This document shows positions 53,987-62,740 of a stretch of DNA of 64,000 nt, one piece after another. Origin of the DNA: Planctomycetota bacterium (GTDB taxonomy: Bacteria; Planctomycetota; Phycisphaerae; Phycisphaerales; Phycisphaeraceae); assembly GCA_039201235.1 (NCBI GenBank), contig JBCCRT010000003.1, positions 357 through 64,356 on the forward strand, given 5' to 3'. How positions within the stretch are numbered: the stretch's first letter is position 1; each line of letters opens with the position of its first letter. A program made the translations under genes and the position numbers. The notes below the pieces were generated by a model. The model was not told the DNA's origin. It saw only the letters and a program-made list of their open reading frames with translations, and made no database searches.

Positions 53987-54793
53987 TGGTGCCGGTAGAG
54001 TTTGGTGTCCGGGAACCGGGGTTGGGGTCGTCGGCCGTCGGGCGAGGTAAAGCGACCACGCATTTTCTTCCTTGAGGTAGGGCAAGGGGGTCATGCCGGC
54101 GCGTTGGATCATCTGGAGCCACTGCTCGTGGGCGAAGAGGCCGCAGGTGTGTCGGTCTTCCGCGACCCGCACGTCGCGGCGTGACGACGCGCTGGGCAAG
54201 CCGTGGGGGCGGATGAGATAGAGCAGGATCATCTCGAAGGTGTCGTCGGTCGGGTCGGGGTCGTGGACGTAGGTGAAGTAGGTCAGTTCGTCGTCGTCGG
54301 TGGTGGTGCCGTCGTCGGCGACGTCGCCGTCGACGAAGGTTTCGCGGGTGTAGGTCGGGGCGATGAAAGCGAGGCCACCGGGGCGGAGGTGGGTGTGGGC
54401 CGTGGCGAGGGCGGTGACGACGTCGGCGGGGGTCAGGAGGTAGTCGATCGCGTCGTGGATAAGTACGGCGTCGAAGGTCCGATCGAGGCGGACGTCGCGC
54501 ATGTCGGCGACGTGGGTTTCGATGCCCGGGATCAGGCGGCGGCAGTGGGCGAGCATGGGGTCCGAGCGGTCGACGGCGACGGCGTGGTGTCGTCCGCCGC
54601 GTCTGCCGCGGGCGTCGAGGTGGACGAGGGTGTGTCCGCCGCCGGCGCCGAGTTCGAGGAGGCGCTGCGGGCCGGGGCCGAGGTGTTGGGTGATGAGTCG
54701 GTCGAGCGTGTCGGCTTCGGCGGCGTATTGCTCGGGCGGCGAGAGGTGGGGCCAGAGCCAGGCGAGGTCGTCGTAGAGGCGTGGCGGGGGCAT
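53978..54793 (-). CDS. class I SAM-dependent methyltransferase
   Basis: ATG 54793 MPPPRLYDDLAWLWP; LLELGAGGG, VDRS..ML, ADMRDVRLDRTFDAVLIHDAIDY. Confidence 0.85.
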
Positions 54794-54810
54794 GGGGCTT
54801 GCCCGTCGGG

Positions 54811-55848
54811 TCAGGCGTCGGCGAGCCGTTCGCCGAGGCCGAGGCCGCTGAGGTAGGCGCGTTCGATGTTGGTGTGGCTGCCGGCGGTGCAGGCGTCGCC
54901 GCAGACGCCGAGGCCCAGGTCGGGGTCGTAGAGCCAGCGGTCGGTCAGGGGCTCGGTGGCGTTGGCGTAGCGCCAGCGGTGGGCCGCGGCGTAGGTGGGG
55001 CTGGGCAGCGGCCGGCGGACGGCGCGGGAGAGGGCGGTGATCAGGGTGGCGGCAACGGTCACGGGGTCGTCTTCGAGGTGTTGCTGGGACCAGTCGGACT
55101 GGGCGTGGGCCACCCAGCAGTCGCCGGCGTCGGCGATCGGGGGCCGGCCGGGCTTGGTGGAGTTGTGGCAGACGAGGGCCAGCTCGTTGTCCGCGCGTTC
55201 GATAAACGCGGCGTCGAACGGGTCGTCGAGCGTGAGCGGCTCGTCGAACGACAGCATCAGCGTCCACGTCGGCAGGACGGTGGCGTCGCCTAGTGGCGTG
55301 GCCAGCGCGGGGGCCGGCCCGGCCAACAGTTCGCGGGCCTGGGGCGCGGGCACCGAGACCACGCACCTTGCGAACGGCCCGTGCGACGCCCCCGCTCCGT
55401 CGATCGCCGTCCAGCCGGCGTCCGTCTTTTCCAGGGAGGCCACGCGTACGCCTTGGTGCGGCCCGTCCAGCCCATCGACCGAACGACACATCGACGCGGC
55501 GATCGACGACATGCCCGGCGTCCCGACGTAACGCTCGGCCTCGCGGCCCGTTTTCCGCAGCGGCCCGTCGTCGTTAAGGTCCACGAACCGGCCGTCCCAT
55601 GTCGCCGCCACGCCCGCGGCGATCCAGAGGTCTACCTGCTGCTGGAACGTCACGCTCCGGGCGGTGAGGTACTGCGCTCCGTGGTCGAACGCGGGGCCGG
55701 ACCGCGAGACGCGGGTCGCCATCCGGCCGCCCGGCCCCCGGCCCTTGTCCAGCACCGTGACCGCGTGCCCCGCCGCCGCGAGGGTACGGGCGCAGGCCAT
55801 ACCCGAGATACCCGCCCCGATGACCAGTACGCCGGAAGTCTCGCACAT
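54811..55848 (-). CDS. renalase-like NAD(P)/FAD-dependent oxidoreductase
   Basis: VIGAGISG, DKGRGPGGRMATR, FDHGAQY, AHRWRYA, GVCGD. Confidence 0.9.
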   Translation of the reverse strand: MCETSGVLVIGAGISGMACARTLAAAGHAVTVLDKGRGPGGRMATRVSRSGPAFDHGAQYLTARSVTFQQQVDLWIAAGVAATWDGRFVDLNDDGPLRKTGREAERYVGTPGMSSIAASMCRSVDGLDGPHQGVRVASLEKTDAGWTAIDGAGASHGPFARCVVSVPAPQARELLAGPAPALATPLGDATVLPTWTLMLSFDEPLTLDDPFDAAFIERADNELALVCHNSTKPGRPPIADAGDCWVAHAQSDWSQQHLEDDPVTVAATLITALSRAVRRPLPSPTYAAAHRWRYANATEPLTDRWLYDPDLGLGVCGDACTAGSHTNIERAYLSGLGLGERLADA

Positions 55849-55867
55849 GTCGCGAGCATAGCCGGTC

Positions 55868-56428
55868 TCACCCGCTGGCGCGGTTGAGGTACTCCCGGCT
55901 CTCGGTGTTGATCCGCACGACCTCGCCCTCCTTGATGAACGGCGGGACGCGGACCTTGAGCCCCGTCTCGCAGACGGCCTCTTTCATGACGTTCGTCGCG
56001 GTGGCGTTCTTGATACCGGGCTCGGTCTCGGTGATCGTCAGCTCGACCGCGGCGGGCAGCTCGACGGTGATGCAGTTGCCCTCGAGAAACAACCCCTTGA
56101 TCGACTCGTTGGCCTTGATGAACAGCAGGGTGTCGCCCAGGATGTCGTCGGGGATGGTGAACTGGTCGTAGGTCTCGCCGTCCATGAACACGGCCCCGCT
56201 GCCGTCGCGGTAGAGGTACTCGACGTCGCGGCGGTCGAGGTTGGTTGCCTCGACCTCGTCGACGCTGCGGAAGCGTTTCTCGGTGACGTTGCCGTGCTTG
56301 ATGCTCTTGAGCTTGGTCTGGACGAACGCGCCGCCCTTGCCGGGCTTGACGGTCTCGGTCTTAGTCACAAGGTAGGCGGTACCGTCGAGGTTGAGGACCT
56401 GGCCGGGCTTGATGTCGTTAGCTTTCAT
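55868..56428 (-). CDS. efp: elongation factor P
   Basis: MKANDIKPG...KPGKGGAFVQ...YLYRDG...FMD.ETYDQ...ETGLKVRVPPFI. Confidence 0.95.
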   Translation of the reverse strand: MKANDIKPGQVLNLDGTAYLVTKTETVKPGKGGAFVQTKLKSIKHGNVTEKRFRSVDEVEATNLDRRDVEYLYRDGSGAVFMDGETYDQFTIPDDILGDTLLFIKANESIKGLFLEGNCITVELPAAVELTITETEPGIKNATATNVMKEAVCETGLKVRVPPFIKEGEVVRINTESREYLNRASG

Positions 56429-56560
56429 GGCGGGTGGGGGCTGGGGTTCAGGGTCTGGGGCTTGGGGTAACCGCGACGCTACGCGTCGCCGGGTCGGGGC
56501 GGTCGGGTATTGTGCGGGGCGATAGGGGGCTTGTCGAGCCGGCGGCGTTATGCTGCGGCG

Positions 56561-57334
56561 ATGGACGCCACGGAGTTCAACGAAACCTTCCGGCTGCTGC
56601 CGACGGCGGCGGTGGTGCGGGACGAGCGGTTCTGTGTGGGCTGCGGCTACAACCTGCTGGGGCAGCCGGTGAAGCTCGAGCCGAACACGGGGCTGCCGGT
56701 GGTGATGTGCCCGGAGTGCGGGCGGTTCACGTCGGTTGCGGACGGCACGCGGCGGGGCTCGCGGTGGGGCCACCAGGCGACGAGCCTGCTGCTGATCGCG
56801 TGGATGTTCGGGCTGCTGGGGTTCCAGGCGGTTTTGGGTTTCATGCTGTTCATCACCCTCTGGGTCTACTACGGGGTGCGAGAAAGTTACGCCTACCGGG
56901 CGAGCGGCGTGTTCGACGACGCGGCCGGTTACTTAACCTTCGGCGTGGCCGCGGGCGTGGTCGCGGTGTTCGGCCTGATAGCTGGTACGGCGCGGGGCTT
57001 GGCCCTGCCCCACTGGAACCGGGTCGGGCAACTGGTCTGGCCGCTGCTATGGGCGGTCGCCGGTTTCCTGCCGGCGTTCAGCATGTTGTGGGCGAATCAC
57101 CGCGGGTGGCGGCAGGAGGTCGCGCTAGCTGTCGGGCTGGAGTGGTTTGCTCTGACCGCGATCGGCGTGGCGGTCGGCGTGGCGACGTCGCTGGCCGGCG
57201 GCGTGGTGGCGCGGTGGTGTGCCCGGCGGTTACTGCCGCGGGCGGTGCGGTCGCCGATGGTCTATCTGTGGGCCGAGGCCGGGCTCGAGCCGCCGGACGA
57301 GATCGCCCAGCCGCATGCGAGACAGAGGGTGTGA
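56561..57334 (+). CDS. membrane protein with N-terminal zinc ribbon
   Basis: FCVGCGYNLLG...CPECG followed by 4-5 hydrophobic helices. Confidence 0.7.
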   Translation: MDATEFNETFRLLPTAAVVRDERFCVGCGYNLLGQPVKLEPNTGLPVVMCPECGRFTSVADGTRRGSRWGHQATSLLLIAWMFGLLGFQAVLGFMLFITLWVYYGVRESYAYRASGVFDDAAGYLTFGVAAGVVAVFGLIAGTARGLALPHWNRVGQLVWPLLWAVAGFLPAFSMLWANHRGWRQEVALAVGLEWFALTAIGVAVGVATSLAGGVVARWCARRLLPRAVRSPMVYLWAEAGLEPPDEIAQPHARQRV

Positions 57335-57335
57335 T

Positions 57336-58595
57336 TCAGGCTTTGGTGATCTCACGGACCGCCATGGTGGCGTAGGCCCCGCGGCCGAGGGTGAAAGCGA
57401 GGCGGAGGTACGGGCCGTGGTCGTCGACGCCGCCGGAGTACTCGGCGTCGGTGAGGCGTTCGCGTAGCGAGCGTCGGGTGCCGTCGGTGCTTACGCCGAC
57501 GCGGGCCGCGAAGTCGTCTTCGGTCAGGCCGGCGTCGTGCAGCGCGGCGAGCTCTTGGTCCAATACCACGCCGCCCGGGCGGGTCATGCCGGGGCCCCAG
57601 AACGGGCCCGACGGAGAAACCTCCAGCCGTTTGGCCCGGCCGTCGGGGCGGTTCTCCAACTCGGCCGTCGCGTCGTCCACCGCGAAACATGCGCGGTTGT
57701 CGTGCTTCCACGCTAAATCGCCCGGCAACAGTTCGGTTAGCGTGCCGTCCTGGAGGCGGGCATCCACCACGGCGTTGAACACCGCCGACTGGGTGGCCGA
57801 GACGAGGAAGTCGCGCTGCGTGCGGTCGATCGACCGGACCGCCTGCTCGGGGGTCTTGTGCTGCCGCAGCGCGTCGAGCGCCTGCCGGTCGCCGCGTAGG
57901 CTCTTGGGCATGAGTTTGAGGGCGCGGTCGTAGTCGCCCGCCCCGTAAGCCCGCCGCGCTTCCTGCACCTCTTGCCCCTCGATGTCGAGCGGTCGGCCGA
58001 GCATCTCGCCGAGGAAGTCTTGCCATTGACCACGCAGCAGCAGCCGGCCGAGGGTGTGCGAGTTCTGCCGGTAGCCGAACCGCTGCTCGCCCAGATAATT
58101 CGGAAAGCCCTCGGCGACGAGACGGTCGAGGATCGGCTTGGCTTGCAGCACGGCCGTGGGCGCGACGCCGCGGACGTAGATTACGAAGCGGTTTCCGCCG
58201 TGGTGACCGCGTTTGAGCTTGTTGGTGTGGCGGTCGGCCCAGATGACCTGGGCGTAGGGGTACTCGGCGAAGCGGGCCAGCCCCTCGGCGTCCTCGGCCG
58301 GGGTCGCCCCCGGCAGGTGCAGCGAGACGTGCTGCCGTGTGACCGCGTGCTTGTCCTTGAGCCCGGCGTAGCCGACGTCGGAGCGTTTGACGCGGAACGC
58401 CTTGGCCAGCCGCCGCGCGACGTCGAGCGTCGTCGCCCGCTTCTTCTCGACGAAGAGGTAGAGGTGCTCACCCTCGCCGCAGGGCTCGTAGAGCGGCTGT
58501 TCATCAACGAGGAAGTCTTCGGGCCGCTTCTTCAGCACCCCGCCGGTGCCGGGCAGGTCGGCGGTGAGGTAGCTCAGGTGGTCGATTAAAGACAT
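57336..58595 (-). CDS. truD: tRNA pseudouridine(13) synthase
   Basis: PEDFLVDE, GYAGLKDKHAVTRQ, GNRF, PNYLGEQRFG, GAYATMAVREI. Confidence 0.93.
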   Translation of the reverse strand: MSLIDHLSYLTADLPGTGGVLKKRPEDFLVDEQPLYEPCGEGEHLYLFVEKKRATTLDVARRLAKAFRVKRSDVGYAGLKDKHAVTRQHVSLHLPGATPAEDAEGLARFAEYPYAQVIWADRHTNKLKRGHHGGNRFVIYVRGVAPTAVLQAKPILDRLVAEGFPNYLGEQRFGYRQNSHTLGRLLLRGQWQDFLGEMLGRPLDIEGQEVQEARRAYGAGDYDRALKLMPKSLRGDRQALDALRQHKTPEQAVRSIDRTQRDFLVSATQSAVFNAVVDARLQDGTLTELLPGDLAWKHDNRACFAVDDATAELENRPDGRAKRLEVSPSGPFWGPGMTRPGGVVLDQELAALHDAGLTEDDFAARVGVSTDGTRRSLRERLTDAEYSGGVDDHGPYLRLAFTLGRGAYATMAVREITKA

Positions 58596-58599
58596 GAAA

Positions 58600-58727
58600 C
58601 CGCCAAGGACGCGGAGGACGCCAAGGAAGGCAAAATACAAACGATCGGATCTGGATGCCGTCAAGTACAAGCAGCCTCCGCCAAGACTTGGTTCGGCTGC
58701 CCTTGGCGCTCTTGGCGTCCTTGGCGG
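58600..58727. repeat. intergenic palindromic element built from 9-bp tandem units
   Basis: Left arm ccgccaaggacgcggaggacgccaagg (58600-58626); right arm ccttggcgctcttggcgtccttggcgg (58701-58727); 23/27 complementary. Confidence 0.8.
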
Positions 58728-59672
58728 CTAATCCTCCGGCGCGTCGGCCACCATTTCGCGGAACGCGGCGATGAGTTGCCGGGTGACGGGGCCCGGCCGG
58801 CCGGCGGTCGGGCCGCTGCCGAGGTCGCGGCCGTCGAGGTTGACGACGGGGATGACCTCGGCCCCGGTGCCGGTGAGGAACAGCTCGTCGGCCGTGTAGA
58901 GGTCGTGGCGGGTCAGGTCTTCCTGGGCGGTGGCGAAGCCGGCGGCGTGGGCGAGGTCGAGCACGAGGTTGCGGGTCACGCCCTCGAGGCAGCCGGCGGT
59001 GAGCGGGGGGGTGACGACCTTCGTGCCCTTACCGGATTGTTGCACCACGAACAGGTTGTCGGCGGTGGCCTCGGCGACGAAGCCGCGGTCGTTGTACATC
59101 ACCGCCTCGAGTACGCCGGCGTCGAGGGCCTCGGTCTTGGCCAGGATGTTGTTGAGGTAATTGAGGCTTTTGATCCGGGGCGAGAGGGCTTGCGGGTTCG
59201 TGCGGACGAACGATGAGCTGATGAGCTTGAGCCCCTCGTCGTAAAAGGTCTGGGGGTAGAGCTTGAGCGGTGCAAGGATGATGAACGTCCCGGGGCGGGG
59301 GCAGGGCACGGGGTCGATGCCCAGGGTGCCGGGGCCGCGCGTGAGGACGAGGCGGATGTAGGCCGAGTCCATGGCGTTGGCGGCGACGGTCTGCTTGACG
59401 GCGTCGAACAGCTCGTCTTCCGAATAGGCCAGGGTGAGGCGGATGGACTTGGCCGAGTCGAAGAGCCGGCGGAGGTGGGTGCGGAGCTTGAGGACCCGGC
59501 CGTGGTAGACGCGGATGCCCTCGAACACGCCGTCGCCGTAGAGCAGGCCGTGGTCGAAGACCGAGACGGACGCCTCGGCCGCGGGGACCAGCCGGCCGTT
59601 GACCCAGACTTTCCGCTCGGCGAAGGCGGCGAGCGGGTCGCGGGGGTCGGCGGCGGTGTCGAGCTGGGTCAC
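58728..59672 (-). CDS. ilvE: branched-chain amino acid aminotransferase
   Basis: SVFDHGLLYGDGVFEGIR, IKSLNYLNNILA (PLP Lys), EATADNLF, LEGVTR, ADELFLTGTGAE. Confidence 0.93.
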   Translation of the reverse strand: MTQLDTAADPRDPLAAFAERKVWVNGRLVPAAEASVSVFDHGLLYGDGVFEGIRVYHGRVLKLRTHLRRLFDSAKSIRLTLAYSEDELFDAVKQTVAANAMDSAYIRLVLTRGPGTLGIDPVPCPRPGTFIILAPLKLYPQTFYDEGLKLISSSFVRTNPQALSPRIKSLNYLNNILAKTEALDAGVLEAVMYNDRGFVAEATADNLFVVQQSGKGTKVVTPPLTAGCLEGVTRNLVLDLAHAAGFATAQEDLTRHDLYTADELFLTGTGAEVIPVVNLDGRDLGSGPTAGRPGPVTRQLIAAFREMVADAPED

Positions 59673-59804
59673 GGCAGGTTTCCGACGGCTAACACTAAAA
59701 TAGTCTAGCGGAGGGCTTGGGACCGCACCGCGTGCCGCAGAGGCTCAAAATGAACGAGCGCCCCCCCCGCAATCGGAAAGCCCGGGCCGGGGCTTAAAGC
59801 CTAA

Positions 59805-60077
59805 TCAGGCGCCGGCCTTCTTCTCGTTGAGCTTCGCGGCGAGGCGGCTCTTGTAACGGCTGGCGGTGTTCTTGTGCAGGGCCGGGGTCGAGGCGGCCTG
59901 GTCCAGGGTCTTGTAGATGCCCTTGAGTTGCGTCTCGGCGTCCTCGACGCTGCCGTGGAGGATCGCCTCGCGGTAGTCCTTGATCTGCCGGCGGTAGTCG
60001 ACCTTGATCCAGCGGTTGCGGGCGCGGGAGCGGGCGTTCTGGCGGATACGCTTGCGGGCGGAGGGGGAGTTGGCCAT
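59805..60077 (-). CDS. rpsT: 30S ribosomal protein S20
   Basis: MANSPSARKRIRQN...LHKNTASRYKSRL. Confidence 0.95.
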   Translation of the reverse strand: MANSPSARKRIRQNARSRARNRWIKVDYRRQIKDYREAILHGSVEDAETQLKGIYKTLDQAASTPALHKNTASRYKSRLAAKLNEKKAGA

Positions 60078-60402
60078 GTCGGGTCTGGAAGAAGGTTGGG
60101 CGTCGGGGGGTCAAAACTGTCGGATCATATAGTGTGCCAAACCTCGGCCGGCGGATCAAGTCGGCGGCGTCCCGGCGGACCCGGCGCGGTTGACAGCAGG
60201 GGGGGCCGGGTTACACTCTCCGACTCGGCCGAGCGGGCCGGCGTGTCGCCATTTCTCCCGCTTCCGTCGAAGAATCCGCCTGCGAGCCGCTCCCCGCGGG
60301 GGCTCGCTTGACGGCGACCCGCCTGCGGCGTGGGGTTTCGTTCCCACCGTCCAGTCGACGGGCGAAGTTTTACAGAACCGCACCCGACCCGGACCTTGAA
60401 CG

Positions 60403-60849
60403 ATGAACCGCCAAACGACCCTGGCCAAGAACCACGAAGTCCCGCGCGAGTGGGTGGTGATCGACGCCGCCGACCAGGTGCTGGGCCGGCTATCTACAAA
60501 GATCGCCACCGTGCTGATGGGCAAGGACAAGCCGACCTACACGCCGCACCACGACGTGGGCGACTTCGTGGTCGTGCTCAACGCCGAGAAGATCCGTCTG
60601 ACCGGCAACAAGCTGGACCAGAAGTTTCACGAGAGCTATTCGGGCCACCCTTCGGGCCGGAAGCTCCGCAGCTACCGGCAGGTGCTGGCGACCCACCCCC
60701 AGCGGCTGATCGAGGAATCGGTCCGCCGGATGCTGCCGAAGAACCGTCTCGGCAATGCCCTGTTCAAGAAGCTCAACGTCTACGCCGGCGAAGAGCACCC
60801 CCACGCCGCGCAGCAGCCCCGGCCGTACGAAGCCGCGGCGACGGCCTAA
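60403..60849 (+). CDS. rplM: 50S ribosomal protein L13
   Basis: WVVIDA..QVLGRL...GKDKPTYTPH.DVGDFVVVLNA...MLPKNRLG...HPHAAQQP. Confidence 0.97.
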   Translation: MNRQTTLAKNHEVPREWVVIDAADQVLGRLSTKIATVLMGKDKPTYTPHHDVGDFVVVLNAEKIRLTGNKLDQKFHESYSGHPSGRKLRSYRQVLATHPQRLIEESVRRMLPKNRLGNALFKKLNVYAGEEHPHAAQQPRPYEAAATA

Positions 60850-60891
60850 TCCCTCGACCTCTCCCTCCAGCGAACCAAAGCGATCCGAGAC

Positions 60892-61446
60892 ATGGAAAAC
60901 GAAACTACTAGTACTCTCGACGCCCCCGGAAGCTCCGGCCCGCTGGGCGAGTCCGTGGCGATGCCTGCCGGCGAAAGCGACATCGCCTCCGAGACGCCTG
61001 TCCGCCCGCTTCGCGAGCCGGCTAAGCCCGACAAGGGCGGCTTCGTCTGGGGCACCGGCCGGCGTAAGGCCGCTATCGCCCGGGTCCGCGTCAAACCCGC
61101 TGAAGAGGGTCAGGGCAAGTTTGTGATCTCGGGCCCTAAAGCCAAGAACAAGACGGTCGAAGAGTTCTTCAGCGAGCCGCAGCACCGCCGGGCCTGCGTC
61201 GCCCCGCTCGAGGCCACCGGCACGCTGGGTAACCTCGACGTCATCGTCACCACCACCGGCGGCGGCATCACCGGCCAGGCCGAGGCCATCCTCTTGGGCG
61301 TCGCCCGGGCTTTGGTCGGCTACGAACCCTCGCTCGAGGCGACCCTCCGCGAGAAGGACTACATGACCCGCGACCCGCGGCAGGTCGAACGCAAGAAGTA
61401 CGGCCAACGCGGCGCCCGTCGGCGGTTCCAGTTCTCGAAACGCTGA
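60892..61446 (+). CDS. rpsI: 30S ribosomal protein S9 (N-terminally extended)
   Basis: GTGRRKAAIARV, GGGITGQAEAI, TRDPRQVERKKYG...QFSKR. Confidence 0.97.
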   Translation: MENETTSTLDAPGSSGPLGESVAMPAGESDIASETPVRPLREPAKPDKGGFVWGTGRRKAAIARVRVKPAEEGQGKFVISGPKAKNKTVEEFFSEPQHRRACVAPLEATGTLGNLDVIVTTTGGGITGQAEAILLGVARALVGYEPSLEATLREKDYMTRDPRQVERKKYGQRGARRRFQFSKR

Positions 61447-61467
61447 AGTTTCCCCATCCCACAAAAC

Positions 61468-61500
61468 AAAGAACCCGTCGCTTTGCGGCGGGTTTTTTCT
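61468..61500. terminator. rho-independent, probably bidirectional, terminator
   Basis: aaagaacccgtcgc-ttt-gcggcgggttttttct between convergent rpsI and cox genes. Confidence 0.85.
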
Positions 61501-61540
61501 TACGCCCAGCGACGCGTAGCGTCGCGGCTGTTTACGATCG

Positions 61541-62245
61541 TCAACCGGTGATCAAGAAGACGCCGAACATGAAAATCCAGATGACGTCGAGGAAGTGCCA
61601 GTAGTGCGCGACGTGGCGGACCGGGGCGTAATGCTCGTGGTCGTAGCGGTGCTGCCCGGCCCGGTAGGTCACGACGGCCAGTGGAGCGATGCCGCCGATG
61701 ACGTGCAGCGCGTGGATCAGCACGAGGAAGAAGATCACGCCGAACATGGTGTTGTCGACGTTGGCCGAGTCGTGGGCCGAGAGCAGTTGCCACATGCTCG
61801 GGGTCTGCACGATCAGGAACAGCAGCGACAGCCCGAGGGTGGTGCCTAGGGCCAGGCGGAACTTGAATTGGCGTTCCCGCTGGACGTACTTGACCGCGAG
61901 GTGGATGGTGACGCTCGAGGCGAGGATGATGATCGTCGAGACCCAGAGCGACACCGGCATGCCGATGGTGCCCAGCGGCGGGGCGGTGGCGGGGAAGGCC
62001 TCGATGCTGGGGTTGTCCGGGTCCATCACCACGCGGGTCTTGGAGACGCGGACCAGGACGTAGCCCAGCATCGAACTGAGGAACAAGGCCGCGAGGCTGG
62101 CGAGGAACAGGGCCATGCCCAGGTCCCCGGTCTTGCGGGGCACGCGGTGCAGCCGGGGTGGGGGTCCCGCGGGCCGGCGACGGGGGGGGTCGCCGAGCGC
62201 TTCGGGCGGGAAATCGGAGGGCAGCGGGGCGGTGGTGTCGCTCAC
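61541..62245 (-). CDS. cytochrome c oxidase subunit III family protein (second paralogue)
   Basis: LGMALFLASL, STIIILASS.T, HALHVIGG, YWHFLDVIWIFMF. Confidence 0.85.
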   Translation of the reverse strand: MSDTTAPLPSDFPPEALGDPPRRRPAGPPPRLHRVPRKTGDLGMALFLASLAALFLSSMLGYVLVRVSKTRVVMDPDNPSIEAFPATAPPLGTIGMPVSLWVSTIIILASSVTIHLAVKYVQRERQFKFRLALGTTLGLSLLFLIVQTPSMWQLLSAHDSANVDNTMFGVIFFLVLIHALHVIGGIAPLAVVTYRAGQHRYDHEHYAPVRHVAHYWHFLDVIWIFMFGVFLITG

Positions 62246-62355
62246 GGGCGGACTCTAGGCCGCGGGGGGCGGCGTTTTGACAAGGCGTCGCAGGATGTTT
62301 CAAGCCAGCCGTAGCGAAACGCGGGTCGTGGTATTCCTGGGGCCGGGGTCCGGGG

Positions 62356-62733
62356 TCAGGGGGCCGGGGCGGGAGCAGCGCGGAGGGCGGCGGCTTCCTG
62401 GCGTTCGGCGTACTGGCCGGTGTCGATGAGCGAGATCGTGATGAACAACGTCACAAACAACAGCGAAGCGACGAGGATGAACCCGTTGAGCGGGGCGTCC
62501 CACCGCAGGTGCATGAAGTACAGCCCGACGAACACGGCCTTGACCATCGCGATCGCCATCGCGACCACCAGGTTCATGGTGTAGCCGAAGTCAAATACCG
62601 TTACGCCGACGGTGACGAACGTCAGGAACATCAGGATCAGGAAGACGCCGCCGAGCAGCGGCAGCGAGACGACGTGGTGTCCGTGCCCGCCGTGGTCGTC
62701 GTGCAACTCGTTGTGGGTGACTTCGTGAGACAT
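62356..62733 (-). CDS. ctaF: cytochrome c oxidase subunit IV (caa3-type)
   Basis: Three TMs with 'IAMVKA.FVGLYFMHLRWD'; His-rich N-terminus. Confidence 0.85.
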   Translation of the reverse strand: MSHEVTHNELHDDHGGHGHHVVSLPLLGGVFLILMFLTFVTVGVTVFDFGYTMNLVVAMAIAMVKAVFVGLYFMHLRWDAPLNGFILVASLLFVTLFITISLIDTGQYAERQEAAALRAAPAPAP

Positions 62734-62740
62734 TCTGGTG

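Noticed and set aside
58600-58727. Possible CRISPR array
   Set aside because: The units are 9-bp tandem and inverted, with no unique spacers; no cas genes or CRISPR array seen anywhere in the window.
60892-61040. N-terminal extension of S9
   Set aside because: Low-complexity S9 extensions are common in several phyla; not distinctive.
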